A program made the translations under genes and the position numbers. 64,000 bases of DNA from NCBI GenBank assembly GCA_973895155.1, contig OZ316891.1, positions 10,417,875 to 10,481,874 of the forward strand, given 5' to 3'. The DNA comes from Marsupella aquatica (taxonomy: Eukaryota > Plantae > Marchantiophyta). Position 1 is the first letter of the stretch; each line of letters opens with the position of its first letter. Below are positions 11,901 to 23,484 of the stretch, in pieces. The notes beneath the pieces were generated by a model. The model was not told where the DNA came from, ran no database searches, and saw only the letters and a list, made by a program, of their open reading frames with translations.

Positions 11901-14900
11901 ATGGAGGTATTCCCCTCTTCATCCAGAGGGTATAGTGTTGTTCTTGACCAAGACCGAGCTTATTCTGAATCCTCACAGTCTTTGTTTACTGGTTCAGTTT
12001 ATACACGTCATGTAACTCGTTCCACAAAGTTGCTGCCTCCTACTTCTATTAGCGTTGTTTTGGTTCCTAAATCTCTGCGTAGAAAGATGGAGACCCTCGA
12101 CACGATTGCGATCCAAGATGTTTTGGACTGTGCACTTACGGAGACTGATCTCATCTCCAAACATGTCATGTGTTTTGGAAAGGATTCTCATGGATTTGAC
12201 AAGGAGCCGCCTCGAATCCCTCTATGCCAATTGGTTCACATGGAGGTGGTTTGTACTTTGCAGAAAGATAGCTCTTCCATCGAGAAGCTGAAAGACTCGT
12301 TTTGCAGTATGGGTTACAATTCATCCATAGGAATGCGTTTCTATGTGCAACCAACGAATGAAAATGGAATTGTTCTGACCTGTACCCAGGAGATTCGTGA
12401 GTCATGGGATCCAATTTGGCAATTGGAGAACGAGAAGTTTGAGGCCTGCTGAATGCGAGGCTGACCCAGATTTTCTCGTGTTGAAGGATAAGATGTTCTC
12501 TGTCTTCGATGGAAATCACAGGCTGTACTCATGGACGCTTGTTATCGAGGAGAACCCTGACAATCCAAAATACCATCCTCGAGTGCTCTGCACAATATTT
12601 AAGGGAGACAAGGGATCTCTTATTGAAATTGAGGCAACTATGCACACCGTGAATCAGTAAGTTCCCGTTCTTTTCTGATACCTTCTTTGAATCTTGCGAG
12701 TGTTCTATTTAAGAGCGCTCGGCGCTGGTTATAGATAAATTGTACTTTGACTCTAACTCGCTGCTTCTCTTTGTGTAGGCTTGGCCAAGCCGTTGTTGAG
12801 CCATCCTGGATCCTCGATGCAGATAGAATTAAACGCATGACCTTGAGTATTACAATAAACTGATTGACCCGACTAATTTCAAGAAGTTTGAGAGCATTCG
12901 GCTAAAGACTCGGAAGGGGTCGTGGTATACGAAGAAGATGCCACAAGAAGCTCTTGTTTACATTCTATGTGAGAATAAGATAAAGTCCTATTCGCACAAA
13001 TTCAAGCTTGACATGGAGGCAGCCAAGGCTCAAGGGAGTTCCTGGTTGGTGGACGAGATTTCCAAACGCCATGCGACCATGATGAAGGATGCAACCAAAG
13101 ACTGGGCAGTGAAATCCTCAAAAATTACACCCTTGTTAAGTCCTGAATTTGAAGATTTTCTTAGTACATGTGCAGAAATGTATGCTGTCACAGAGAGAAA
13201 CAAGAGAGAGAAGAAGCCTGACGCCGTTGTATGTACAATGGACCGCGCCCGATTGTTCACTGCTGTTTCTGCCCTAGACCCAAAGTTGCAAAGCACCCTA
13301 CTTGTGGCACATTGCAATCCTGAGTTGCGGAGACAGTTTTTCCACCCGGCAAGTGTTAACAACGACCCAGTCAAACAATGGTGTCATACTTGGATCACTT
13401 GGAATAGTGTAGAGGGAATTGCTGTCGGCATGTTACATTCATGTCTGCGTGAAGTAGAGCAAACGATGCTCGCGACTAGATTAGAAGAGTGGAATTGTGG
13501 TTTGTTTGATGATCTCGTTCAGTTTGTTACCAATGAATTCAAGAAATATGGTGATTCTATGAAGAGTAAGTTCTTTCACACTATGTGGCCTTCAAAGTAT
13601 CCAGACAAAGAAGACTATACCCAGAAAAACCAGAAGCGGGCTAAAAGGTATCTTTACAGGTTCTACATGCACATGGAGGTAACCAAACCTGATTACTTTT
13701 GGGCATATCCTGCAGCTTTCATGAAGTGGATTACAATAAGTGAGGATGACGCCATAGCTGATTTGTACTCCATGTACCTAGCGGAGGGCATATTTCCTCC
13801 GAGACCTATGACAGAATGGGAGAGAACTCACTGCCCCTGGTATCTAGATACAGATAGATGGGATTCTCCTTTTGATCAAAGGGAGAAAGATGCATTCCAT
13901 AAGCTTTCAAAGTCCCACCTACCAGCAAAAGTTGTGTCCAACATGAAGCAGGACCTGCTCGATGATGTAGACAAGTTTGCCACTGACTTGCAAAGTATCT
14001 ATGAAACGACTATTGTTCATGTGGACCGAAGTCGCAAACCTCATGCGAAAGCAAAAGCGGAGTTAGTAGCACCAAGCGAGTCAACAAAATCTGGGAGGAA
14101 AAGTGAGTATAGTGTTCCATAGTTTGGCCAGCGCCTGGCGCTGGCTTGAACTGTCATGCAAATCCACATTTCTTTCTACATTCTTAGGCCATTGTAGAAA
14201 CCTAAGTGATTTGCATTTGGTTAGCGCCTGGCGCTAGTTTGTTTGAAAACTCGGATTTACTTGTTCTAACTATGACCTATTGATAATTTAGGAGGGAGGA
14301 AGTCTAATACAGCGGGAATAGGAGATGCTAAAATGGATGCTACACCTGAAGTTTCTGAGGCAAACACCGGAGCCCGATCGGACCCCATTACTCCTGTCGA
14401 CAAGGGGAAGGTAATAGTTTCGGTCGACGCCACAAGTACCAGGAAGAAACAAACAAGAGCTATCAAAGGTGGACCTTCTTCAAGGGAGAGTGTTGTAGCA
14501 TCTGGTGTCCAACCTGAAGTTGCAAACTTCAAAACTAGAGTGTCTCGTCATGCCATGAGACAAGCATATCCGAATTTTTTTACTCGACTTTCAACAAGGG
14601 GGAAAAACCTGAATGGGTTAGTAATGTGGAGAAGTGGGGGAAGGATCTCGTTAAGTCGGGATATAAAGAGAAGGGTGTTGTGCGGGGAGGAAAAGAAAGA
14701 TAGTTTGGAATGGATGCGGGTTTCATTTATCTACCGACCGGGTTCAAACCAACGATCATAGATAAGAAGGTTCCTAAATGGAACACTCCAGATCACTCCA
14801 TGGCTAGATCTTTTTTCAAGTCCATGGATCCATTTCTATCAGATGATGGATTCCTTGCAATTCTACACAATGGGGAGTATGATCCCATGTCTCAAGTCAT

Positions 14901-16071
14901 TGCTGCATGTCAGGAGTCGAGAAAATTTCAGTGCATATGCATGCATAATGTTGTAATGTCTGTCCCGATGTACGCGGCAAAGATAGACCGTCAGGTAATT
15001 ATCTACTCTTAACTATATCACGTTTTGAGTTATAACTCATTTAACCTGGAGTTTCCAACTGACACTTGGGATTGCTTTCCGCAGATGTTTACCCTCAGGT
15101 TGGACATATTTGGTCGAATTAATGGGAAATGTAAAATTCCCAAAGACCCTAAATTCCGTCCACTATCCATCAGTGAGGACCCCTCGGTCACCAATTTGAT
15201 CGGACTCCTTTCTCTCAAATCTGATCCATTCCTGGAAATGGAGTTTTCTGGAAATGCTCGCCTATCTATCGGGTTTATGCAATCTGTCATCAAGCTTGTC
15301 ACCCGACCTCGTGATATTTTTATGGATTGGACCGCTGGGGCTGGAAGCTCCTTCACAGCTGGAGACTTCTCCGGGAGGTTTGTGCTCGGGATAGAACATA
15401 TATAGAAAAGAATTTATTGAAACCGCTTCGAAGGTTTTCATGGATTTGTTGTCTCCCAAAGAGATTGCGGTTTTACCTCCACCTGTTCCTATTGCCGACA
15501 GGAAGAAGCAAGATAAGCTTCGGTCAGTACTCAATTTTGATTCTGATGATGAGTCCAGTGAAGGTGGAGGTGGAGAGGAACAAGGTACAGGGGACTCGGA
15601 GGAGGAAAAAGAAGAACCTTGTGGATCTCCAGATGAAACCGATAGTGATGACTCTTTCGAGTAATGTTCATAAACTTGTAAGCTTCTTTCTCCATTCCCG
15701 TCAATTTATAACATTTCTGTGTTGTTTTGGAGAAAGGCACCTAACTTTCTGGATTTCGTTTCATCAGGTCAGAGTGGAATGCAAGGAGACGTTTCAAACT
15801 GTGGAGGAGGGTTGCTAGACACAACATAGAAACTCCAGAAAAACCTTTTGTTCTTCCCTCCTATGCAGAGAAAGCCACAAGGAAAGCCGAGAGTATAAGG
15901 ACGCTTTGCTGGGAAAATAAAGGTCTTCGGTTACAAAGGGGTGTTGAAAGGAAGTTCATTAAACATCCTTACGTGGATGATTTCTCCCGCAACCAGTACG
16001 TAGATGATGAGGCCGTATCCACGGACAAATCTGAGAGTACAGATTCTGGTTCCGAATCAGAATTTGCATAA
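11901..16071 (+). pseudogene. Multi-exon gene: N-terminal ParB/Srx-like domain, helical middle region, degenerate beta-class amino-DNA-methyltransferase domain, acidic tail
   Basis: RIPLCQL..MEVV.TLQ...IEKLKDSF..MGY...FYV and FSVFDGNHRL (DGNHR at 12508-12522). Motif-IV-like DAGFIYLPTG (about 14713-14742). IKLVTRPRDIFMDWTAGAGSSFTAGDFSGRFVLGIE (motif I at about 15325-15345). Introns at about 12657-12778, 14103-14291, 14994-15084 and 15661-15768. Several frameshifts, e.g. about 12450 and 15400. Confidence 0.72.
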
Positions 16072-16474
16072 TCGTGACACGTATTGAGGAATTTAGGGAG
16101 AAATCTTTTACCAGCGCCTAGCGCTAGTACCAACTTGTATTCAAATCCTCTCATTGGATCCTTATAAATTAATGTCTCATGACTTGTGTTTTTTACAAGC
16201 GCGAGGCGCTCGCCAAATGGTGATTCATAAAGCGAATATTTCCAGCTCTTATTTGTGTAACACGGCCGTTTGGTCTTTGTGGTGTCCTACCAACGGTCAT
16301 CATAATGAGACAAATAATAGGCAATAGATAGTGTAATATACGTTTCGGATACCAACGGCCATTTCATTTAGGTCCGTTAGTTTGCCAAAAAAACTCACAT
16401 CGATTGTATTCAGACGACATTTTTGGATCTCTAGGATGACATATTTGGATCTCTTGTTCACGATAGTTTTCAAG

Positions 16475-16560
16475 GACGACACTTTTCGCGGACGACAAGT
16501 TTTCCGACCGACGACTATTTTGGGACCGACGACCATTTTCTTAGACGACACTTTTCCCTC
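16475..16560. repeat. Short tandem array of GACGAC(N)TTTT units (about 16-20 bp, 5 copies)
   Basis: gacgacacttttc, gacgacaagttttc, gacgactattttg, gacgaccattttc, gacgacacttttc. Confidence 0.7.
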
Positions 16561-16688
16561 ACTTTGATTCTCGCGGTCGATAGTTTTTGTGCCCGCGACC
16601 ATTTGAGGACCTTTTGCGGGAGATATAGTTCAAGTGTTTCACGGGAGATATTTATCGCGGATGACATCTATCGTACCCACGACCGTTT

Positions 16689-17231
16689 GTGGACCTTTTT
16701 GGACCTTTTGCGAACAATTTTCACATTTTTTTAGAGGGTAACTTGACACTTGATCTGGCTCTATTCAACATGGACAGAAACGGTGAGCTCATGGATTGGG
16801 AGGCAGCGTTCCTCCCTTCTCGTGTGCGTCCGGAAGAGAGCCATTTCAGTTCTTTTGAGTCCCAGATGGAGACTGAAGCTACTGAAACCTCTACTTTCCA
16901 GAATCGTCATGCTCTACCGTATGATGAGGCTATTAGTCCTGGAGAAAAGAACATCCCGTGGATCGTCAATTCTCCTCCGCTCCCATTTGCAAATAGGTTC
17001 TCGTCTCATCAAGTTGTTCCTGTTGATGGTGTACTGCCAATCGACAGGAGAGTTCAAGAAATGTTTGGGCGAGTTGACTTTAAGGACAGTAATATTCCCA
17101 ATGAAGGTTTTACAAGGGCAGTGCGTCAGAGTCCTTCTGAGAGATACATTCAATTGTGTGGTCTTGGATTCAAGAAAAATTGGAGGAGAGAAGCGGTAGG
17201 AGTGGAGGATGATTGCAACTCTGAAAGCTAG
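16689..17231 (+). CDS. Orphan ORF inside the Mutator-like element, function unknown
   Basis: 180-codon open frame. No motif recognised. Confidence 0.3.
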   Translation: MDLFGPFANNFHIFLEGNLTLDLALFNMDRNGELMDWEAAFLPSRVRPEESHFSSFESQMETEATETSTFQNRHALPYDEAISPGEKNIPWIVNSPPLPFANRFSSHQVVPVDGVLPIDRRVQEMFGRVDFKDSNIPNEGFTRAVRQSPSERYIQLCGLGFKKNWRREAVGVEDDCNSES

Positions 17232-17890
17232 ATACAATCACTTATTGCTTGTTCCTCCGGTTTGTCACGAAGAACGGCATCACATTGTTCAGTTTGGTGA
17301 TCACTTTAAGCTAGCATCGAGCACTGCTTAATCTCTTTCGATGTTTCTGGATGGAGTCGTCTTTGGCTTAGTTTTTAGGGTTTTTCCCGGTTGTTGTCTT
17401 CAGGAATTCCATAGTTTTTCCTGCAGTTGTTGGCTAGCGCCGAGTGCTGCTTTTGTTTTACTGGCAATCCTCAGACGGGGTTGACCATGCCTTCTGCATA
17501 TCGGATTTCCACACCTGCACTTGTTAACTTATAAGTGCATTTTTTGGACCTGCGCCGAACGCGTTTTGTATTTTGCGACTATATATGACAGTTTTATTTT
17601 CCCCCTGCGCATTTTGACATATATTGGTCTCAAATTTTGTTTATCTCAATTGTGAGACGGTTTTATTTGTTGTAAACTACATGATTCCATTTAGTCCGAT
17701 TTCCTTTGACTCAAATTTGACCGTCTTGATTTCTATACCAGTAGTTTGAAATGCATATTTTGTCCCCTTTTTTGGTGATCAATGTTCACTGCTAGCCAAA
17801 CACTGTTCATTGGTAATAGTTTCTTTGGGCTGATAATAGTAACTGTTTGCTGTTACTGTTATCTGTTTGCTGTCGTTTGTAAATTTCCCC

Positions 17891-19375
17891 CATCCGGCCT
17901 CTCTTTGTGAAAAACATCTTCTTGGTTTCACCTTCAATGTCTGCAGGTGAGAAAGTTTAGCCAAATGTTCCATTCAAGTGGAACGGCTTTCCACGCGCAT
18001 CATTCTTTTTTATATTGATGCCTACTGGAATTTATAAGTAATCTTGGTTCATTAGGTTCAATTTCCCATGAAACGATGGGAATATCTTAGGACTTCAAAA
18101 TTTCAAAATTCAAGGCTAATCAAATCTGACCCAGGCATTGAATTGAATCAGACCATAGTTGCACGAATGCTTAACAATTTGCAAGAGAACTAGCATGGCT
18201 GAATTGATGTTGGTCGGCATATCAGTACTCTGTACTAAATCCTAATAAGCAACTGCATCGCTCACATTCTTATTTATGGATGCAAATGGGCTATTTTGGT
18301 ATTGTTGATACCTGCACCCACAGTGTCAAATTGTGTGAAAGTGGGGCCAAATGATTGGCCCGTTTTTGAACCCTGGTAGAGCTTCCCATCCGTATGGTAC
18401 CCATAACTATTGGGCACCCATCCTGTCGCGTTGTAGAAAGTGAACTTCTCATCGGAGAATCCTATGGTGGCACTTCCTAAACGTGTTGCACTCAGTCCTG
18501 CGAGGTAATTCACAGTGACCTCAAAATAGTAAAGCCCTTTTAGGGGGACTGGGTGGTCAGCCTGAACTGCCACTACATCATCGCGCGCCTATGCAATAAG
18601 CAAACCTCTTCATGTTAACATGGCAATATCGATCGCGTCTGATTGCGTCCAAAGAGCTGGGCAACTTAGGTTCCTCTACTTTGACTCCTTTACATCCCTG
18701 AAGACACATAATGATGAAGCCAATCTTTGACTGATGCTACTTTCATATTGCCACCTTGCCCACCAGAACTGGCCTCAACAAGTAAGGTAGAGAAGTCTGG
18801 ACGAAACCCCTTAATGCTATCAAGCTAGAGCCTAGAAGCCTGGTCCCAGATCCGTATTGTGTGAAGTGAGCAATTAAGAGTCGCACTGGCCACCATGGGA
18901 TAAAATATTTGCTACTACTTGAATGGAAGGAGGAATGGATGCTGGTCCAAATTGGGGGAAGAGAACTGGGCTTGACAAAGCCTTTCTTGAAACATGACAA
19001 CCGACTGCATCTTAATTGGTAGTCGTTGTGAAGAAAAAATCCTCATCTTGGACTTGAAATTGCAAGGTAGGCAAGAGAAGCTAATATATTCTCTACTGAG
19101 AAAAGTCCTTTCCAATTTGGGTCAAAAAGAACTGTCAAGGCTGATATGAGAGGTTGCGACTCTAGCTTCCCACCCAATCAAAACACAAGAACATTCTCAG
19201 TCATTTATTGAAAGGGTGGCATGAATGATGCCATTGTAGGTCTTGGACTCTGGAAGTTGATGGTTTGTCGATGCAATTTTTTGGTGAGTAGGTGTGAGTA
19301 AGTTCAGTTCTTGAATTCATGTCCCTTCTAGTCATTTATCCTGGAGGGTTCTCTTATCTGTTTAGTGCATCACCA
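17891..19375 (-). pseudogene. Copy A of the MFL1-carrier/SPRY chimeric segment (RanBP9/10-type SPRY), truncated
   Basis: AVQADHPVPLKGLYYFEVTV...IGFS...GWVPNSYGYHTDGKLY.GS...FGPTFT..DTVGAGIN. Near-identical to the reverse complement of 32853-34340. Confidence 0.8.
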
Positions 19376-20283
19376 GAATATTCTTTAATATATACCTCGA
19401 TATATTGAAAATTTACTTTATTAATATTGAAAATAGAGAATATTCTTGGAATATTTTCTTTATAAAATAGGTCTATTTATATTAGGCTAGGATCGCATGT
19501 GGTACCCCAAAATATACACTTAGTTACCCCCGAGCTTAGGAATTCCATGGTAATAGCTAGGCAGCTAGCACTAGCTATATAGACCTAAACGACCACTTGT
19601 CTCCATGTATGATTTCATCGGCATATATATACCTTATTTACGTACATTGTAATTATAACATTCTTTGTTGTTATTTTACTTATATTGCTTCACTCTCCCC
19701 TCTAGCTAGTGATTTGTGTTAAGTCCTACCACTTAACATCAAATGAAAGCTTCCAATTATATTCCTTTGAAGTTGACCCTTCCCATATTGTGTCCCATGT
19801 CCAGACATTTGGAAACTTATCAGAGATACAATGCCTTGCCTTAGAAGAAAAATGTAAACCCCCTCATGCCACTCCTAAGCCCCCACTCTAACAAAACCCA
19901 ATTAGTCCGATTCCCAAAGAAATGAAAACCATATGCCATACAAACACCATCGGGAACATTTTCCATACCAAAACCATCGGATACCATTTCTGTTCCTATC
20001 CGCTTCGTATAAAGATCGCAAACCATTACCGATACTATTTATATCGGAAACCTTTTCGTTCTTTCTAGTATCACAAACAATATGCGAATATCACGATATC
20101 GGATGCCTCCTGCTCCACGGCGATGACACTGTCCGATTGTCTCTGAATCAGAAAATGTCCGATGCAATTCGAATGGTACGATGCATCCGATAGTTTTAGT
20201 GTCGGTAGTACTGTTACCGATGTAGTTAATATGGCAAATATGCGTTGAAGATAGAATCGGAAATGAACGATGTCATGAGTATT

Positions 20284-21788
20284 AGTCGCGGAACTCGACT
20301 ACCTTAACACTTAGCTCCGGCGTCGCTGACTCCGACGTCGCTGACTCCGACGTCGAGCTCCCTTATGGCCCAGGCCCGGATAGGCCATCCGGGGAGGACT
20401 TAGCATGGGGAGACTTGGGGGCAATGAGACGTGGCACTAGCAAGGCAAGGGGCCAGGCTGGGGACACACACTAAGGACTTGGACTAGCCTATGACTAGTC
20501 GGGTCAAGGGGAAATGGGCCGGGCTCAAGGATGGCCGTCCGGAACGTCGGATGGGCTTTGAGTTCTGAGGGCTTGGGAGTGAGCTCCTCTTGGGCCCAAG
20601 GCCAATGGAATTGACGCCATTGGCAACGGACGCTTGGGGCGCAAGTTGTGGCCCGAGCCGGGTTGGGCCGGTCGGGGGCCCCAGGCAATCAGACCTAAGG
20701 GCCTAGGCATGAGCACTGGGTTGGACCGGTCACAACGGGCTAAGGCACTCCGCTTGCGGATGCCTATCAAGAAAGTTATGGGCGTTGCCAATTGGTGGCG
20801 CGCCCATTATGCGCGATGGGATCCGGGTTGGGGGCCAAATGTTTAGGGACCAAAGCTAGTCTGGGGGTGGCAGGTCTCCAGAAGCATATATGAGGGGAGT
20901 GGTGTCTCCCTGGGGGCTAAGGGCGAGCCGAAATCGTGAACCGCGGTGGTCGCGACACTAAGGGAAACCGCCAAACGGCAATGGCGATATCTTCCCAACG
21001 GGAAGTCCGTTGGAGGACTTCTTAGGTGCGTTGGAAAGCTCTTGAGGAGGGCTACGCCCTCCTGAGCTCAGCTGGGTCTGGGGATGCTATGGGTTCTTGT
21101 GGTTTGCGGGTGTTAGCTCGCCCGTTTGCCAAATCCTGTCGAACAGGAGCCAAACCGCGTTCAGCCTCCCAAGGGAGCTTGTGTTGGGGAGGCAAGGCCA
21201 AGTAGGTATGGAGGATGAGTCCCAAGGGCGCTCGGTCCCTAGGGCATCAGTGGGGCAAACCGGGAGCAGTTGTTAGAGTCGGGGCCATTCTGGTCCCGGC
21301 GTGTTGAGACAAGCTTGGGACAAGCTTTAGGACAAGCTACGCTTATTGGGCCATGAGCATGTCCTAAGGTCAGGGCGGTCAGTTGGTGATGGATAGGTAC
21401 GAGGGGGAACCCGGGCTGCGCCCAAGGAAGGAGCTGTCCTGGACGGACAGTGGGCGTGGGTTCTGGTTCCGGCTTATGGCATCGGGAGGACCTATCGCTG
21501 ACCTATTTACCAACGTCTGTTGAGCTTGAGTTAAGATGCTAGACTGGACGAGTTCTAGATCCGGAGGGGTTACTTACCGAGGCATTGGTTGCTTGTGCAG
21601 ACAGTGAGGACCGTTGAGTAGCGGTCGGGTAGGTGAGCAAGTGCGGCTTCGTATGGGAGTGGCCACAGGTGGTGCTAGAGGCACTTGGATGCTTGCTCAA
21701 GGTATTCCGTGGAGGCGTTCGGGCACCAAGGGCACTTAGGCACAAATGCTAGGATTGGTGAAGGCACTGGGTGATTAGGTCCACCACT
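20284..21788. mobile_element. 1.5-kb GC-rich non-coding repeat with AGT...ACT termini, probable solo LTR
   Basis: Termini AGTCGCGGA...TCCACCACT. Flanks GTATT/GTATC (4 of 5 match, TSD-like). Second diverged copy at 49946-51402. Confidence 0.65.
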
Positions 21789-23117
21789 GTATCGAAAAGC
21801 CACTCCGGCGCAAAAAAGAGTCTTGGTAAAAGCCGAAATATGTACGAGTGAAAGGGCTAAAATAAATGAGCCTCTACTGAACAGTCACACAGGAAATTGA
21901 AACGATTGAGCTTCCAATTCAACTTTGCAACACAGTAGACGGAATAGTTTTTGGACTCGTAACACAGTAGACGAAATAGTTTTTGGACTCGTATGTTTCT
22001 GTAGTAGTAGGGATTTAAGATTTATTTGTAGTGGTTTTTCTTACTCCAACTAGTTAAAACAAGTGTGCTCCAAGTCCCTGGGCTGTTGAACAACGATAAC
22101 GGATGTTCCCAAGCCGTACATCATTTAATACTTTTGAGGAACTTCGAGGTATCTTTCGAGGAAAGACTGATTTGTGCAACTCAAGCATTGATGAACAGCC
22201 GGCCGTGCCCTACACTGGAAAGATTTCACCACATCCTCGGCACTTGGATTTCACGTGGTGGTCGCATCAACTGAGTGAATTGATGAGAACACAACCTGTC
22301 CCGTGTTGAAGTCAGAAATCAGGGACTTCTGTTTTGTCGAGCCACTTGGCGAAGGGTTTTGCAGAGAAGGTGCTCTATTGTGAAGCCCGAGTCGTGTCCT
22401 ATCGGTGCCGCACTGGACCAGTGGAATGTCAGCAACACTCTGAAAGCTGTTAACGTGAATCGTATGGCAGACAAGGTATGATGTTCAAAATAAAACATCT
22501 GAGGCATTATTTTATCAGTCGTGTTATCTATCGGCTGATGCAATAGTCGTTTCTTCTAGAGTGCAAGCATAGATTTGAGATTCTCTCCTAACAATTCGAT
22601 TCCTTTCTATAGATTAATGTCGAGGGTGCTTGGGGTTTAATGCAATCATCAAATTGATCAAATCATAAAGGCAATTAGTTGTGCACTCACATTTTTCTGA
22701 ACCTGTCAGAAACACAACGAAAATAATTTGTCTGGACTGAGATTAGTCTTTCACGGTCGGCTTAGACATCTAGGTGTGTATTCTATGTAATAAAATGATA
22801 AGTACATGCCATGAGTCAGAAGTAAAGCAGGACCCTTACTGTTGTGTCCTCTCTTGTCCATCTTATGTTCTTTAGTCAGTGGCTCCTGTTTTGTTCTACG
22901 CTGCTCTTAGGCGCGTCCCGACTAGGGTTTACCCTGCGCTTTTTACATCTTCTTTACACTTTATCCTCCCACAATGGGGTGCCCATCGTCTCCTCCTTTG
23001 ACTACTCACTCATTGTATTTGACCCTGAATCAATACTGGAATTCCATTGTACTTCTGTACTCCAAGAGAGACAATAATCGACAAGATTCCCTGATAGAAA
23101 TCCTCCGCATGACAGGT

Positions 23118-23360
23118 TGTTGGAACTTGTGTACTCTCACAGGTTCCACTTGGTTACGAGTCAGAGAGTTGTTACCTCACCTGGTGCTGTGTTCCGTTGT
23201 CCCTCTGACGACATGTGCTGTGCTAACGGTTGTCTCCTGGTTGTTAGACCTCGGGCCTGCTTCCGGTGCTGGCTTGCCTTCGCCTCCTTCTTCTGGCCCT
23301 ATTTAGTTCTTTACTGCTTCCTCATTTGCAGAGCAGATCACAGTAATCTAGCTTTCAACA
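23118..23360 (+). repeat. 5' LTR
   Basis: TGTTGGAAC...TTTCAACA. Two substitutions seen relative to the 3' LTR. Confidence 0.97.
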
Positions 23361-23372
23361 TGGTATCAGAGC
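23361..23372 (+). promoter_or_regulatory. Primer-binding site (initiator tRNA-Met)
   Basis: TGGTATCAGAGC immediately after the 5' LTR. Confidence 0.95.
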
Positions 23373-23484
23373 ACAAGTCTCTACGCACTCTCTAGATGAG
23401 AAATTAGTGCAAGCTACAGGCTAGTAACCCAGGTCGAAAGTTCCTCGTGGTTAATACTGTTGCGACATTCTCTGTCATCCGACC

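Larger units (their letters stand above)
8779..17448. repeat. 13 dispersed copies of the palindrome AGCGC-N3-GCGCT
   Basis: Perfect cores start at 11217, 11280, 11553, 12714, 14130, 14223, 16113 and 16198. Copies with 1-2 transitions start at 8779, 8893, 11407, 11615 and 17436. All are in predicted introns or intergenic DNA. Confidence 0.93.
8155..17767. mobile_element. Mutator-like element carrying a transposase, a ParB-MTase fusion gene and an orphan ORF
   Basis: The AGCGC-N3-GCGCT motif is confined to 8779-17448. Candidate terminus ...TTTTGTCCCC at 17767. No partner TIR is visible in the window. Confidence 0.5.

Noticed and set aside
1-17767. Bacterial or phage contamination as the source of the MTase and ParB-like genes
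   Set aside because: The genes carry GT-AG introns and MITE insertions and are interleaved with plant transposons and genes.
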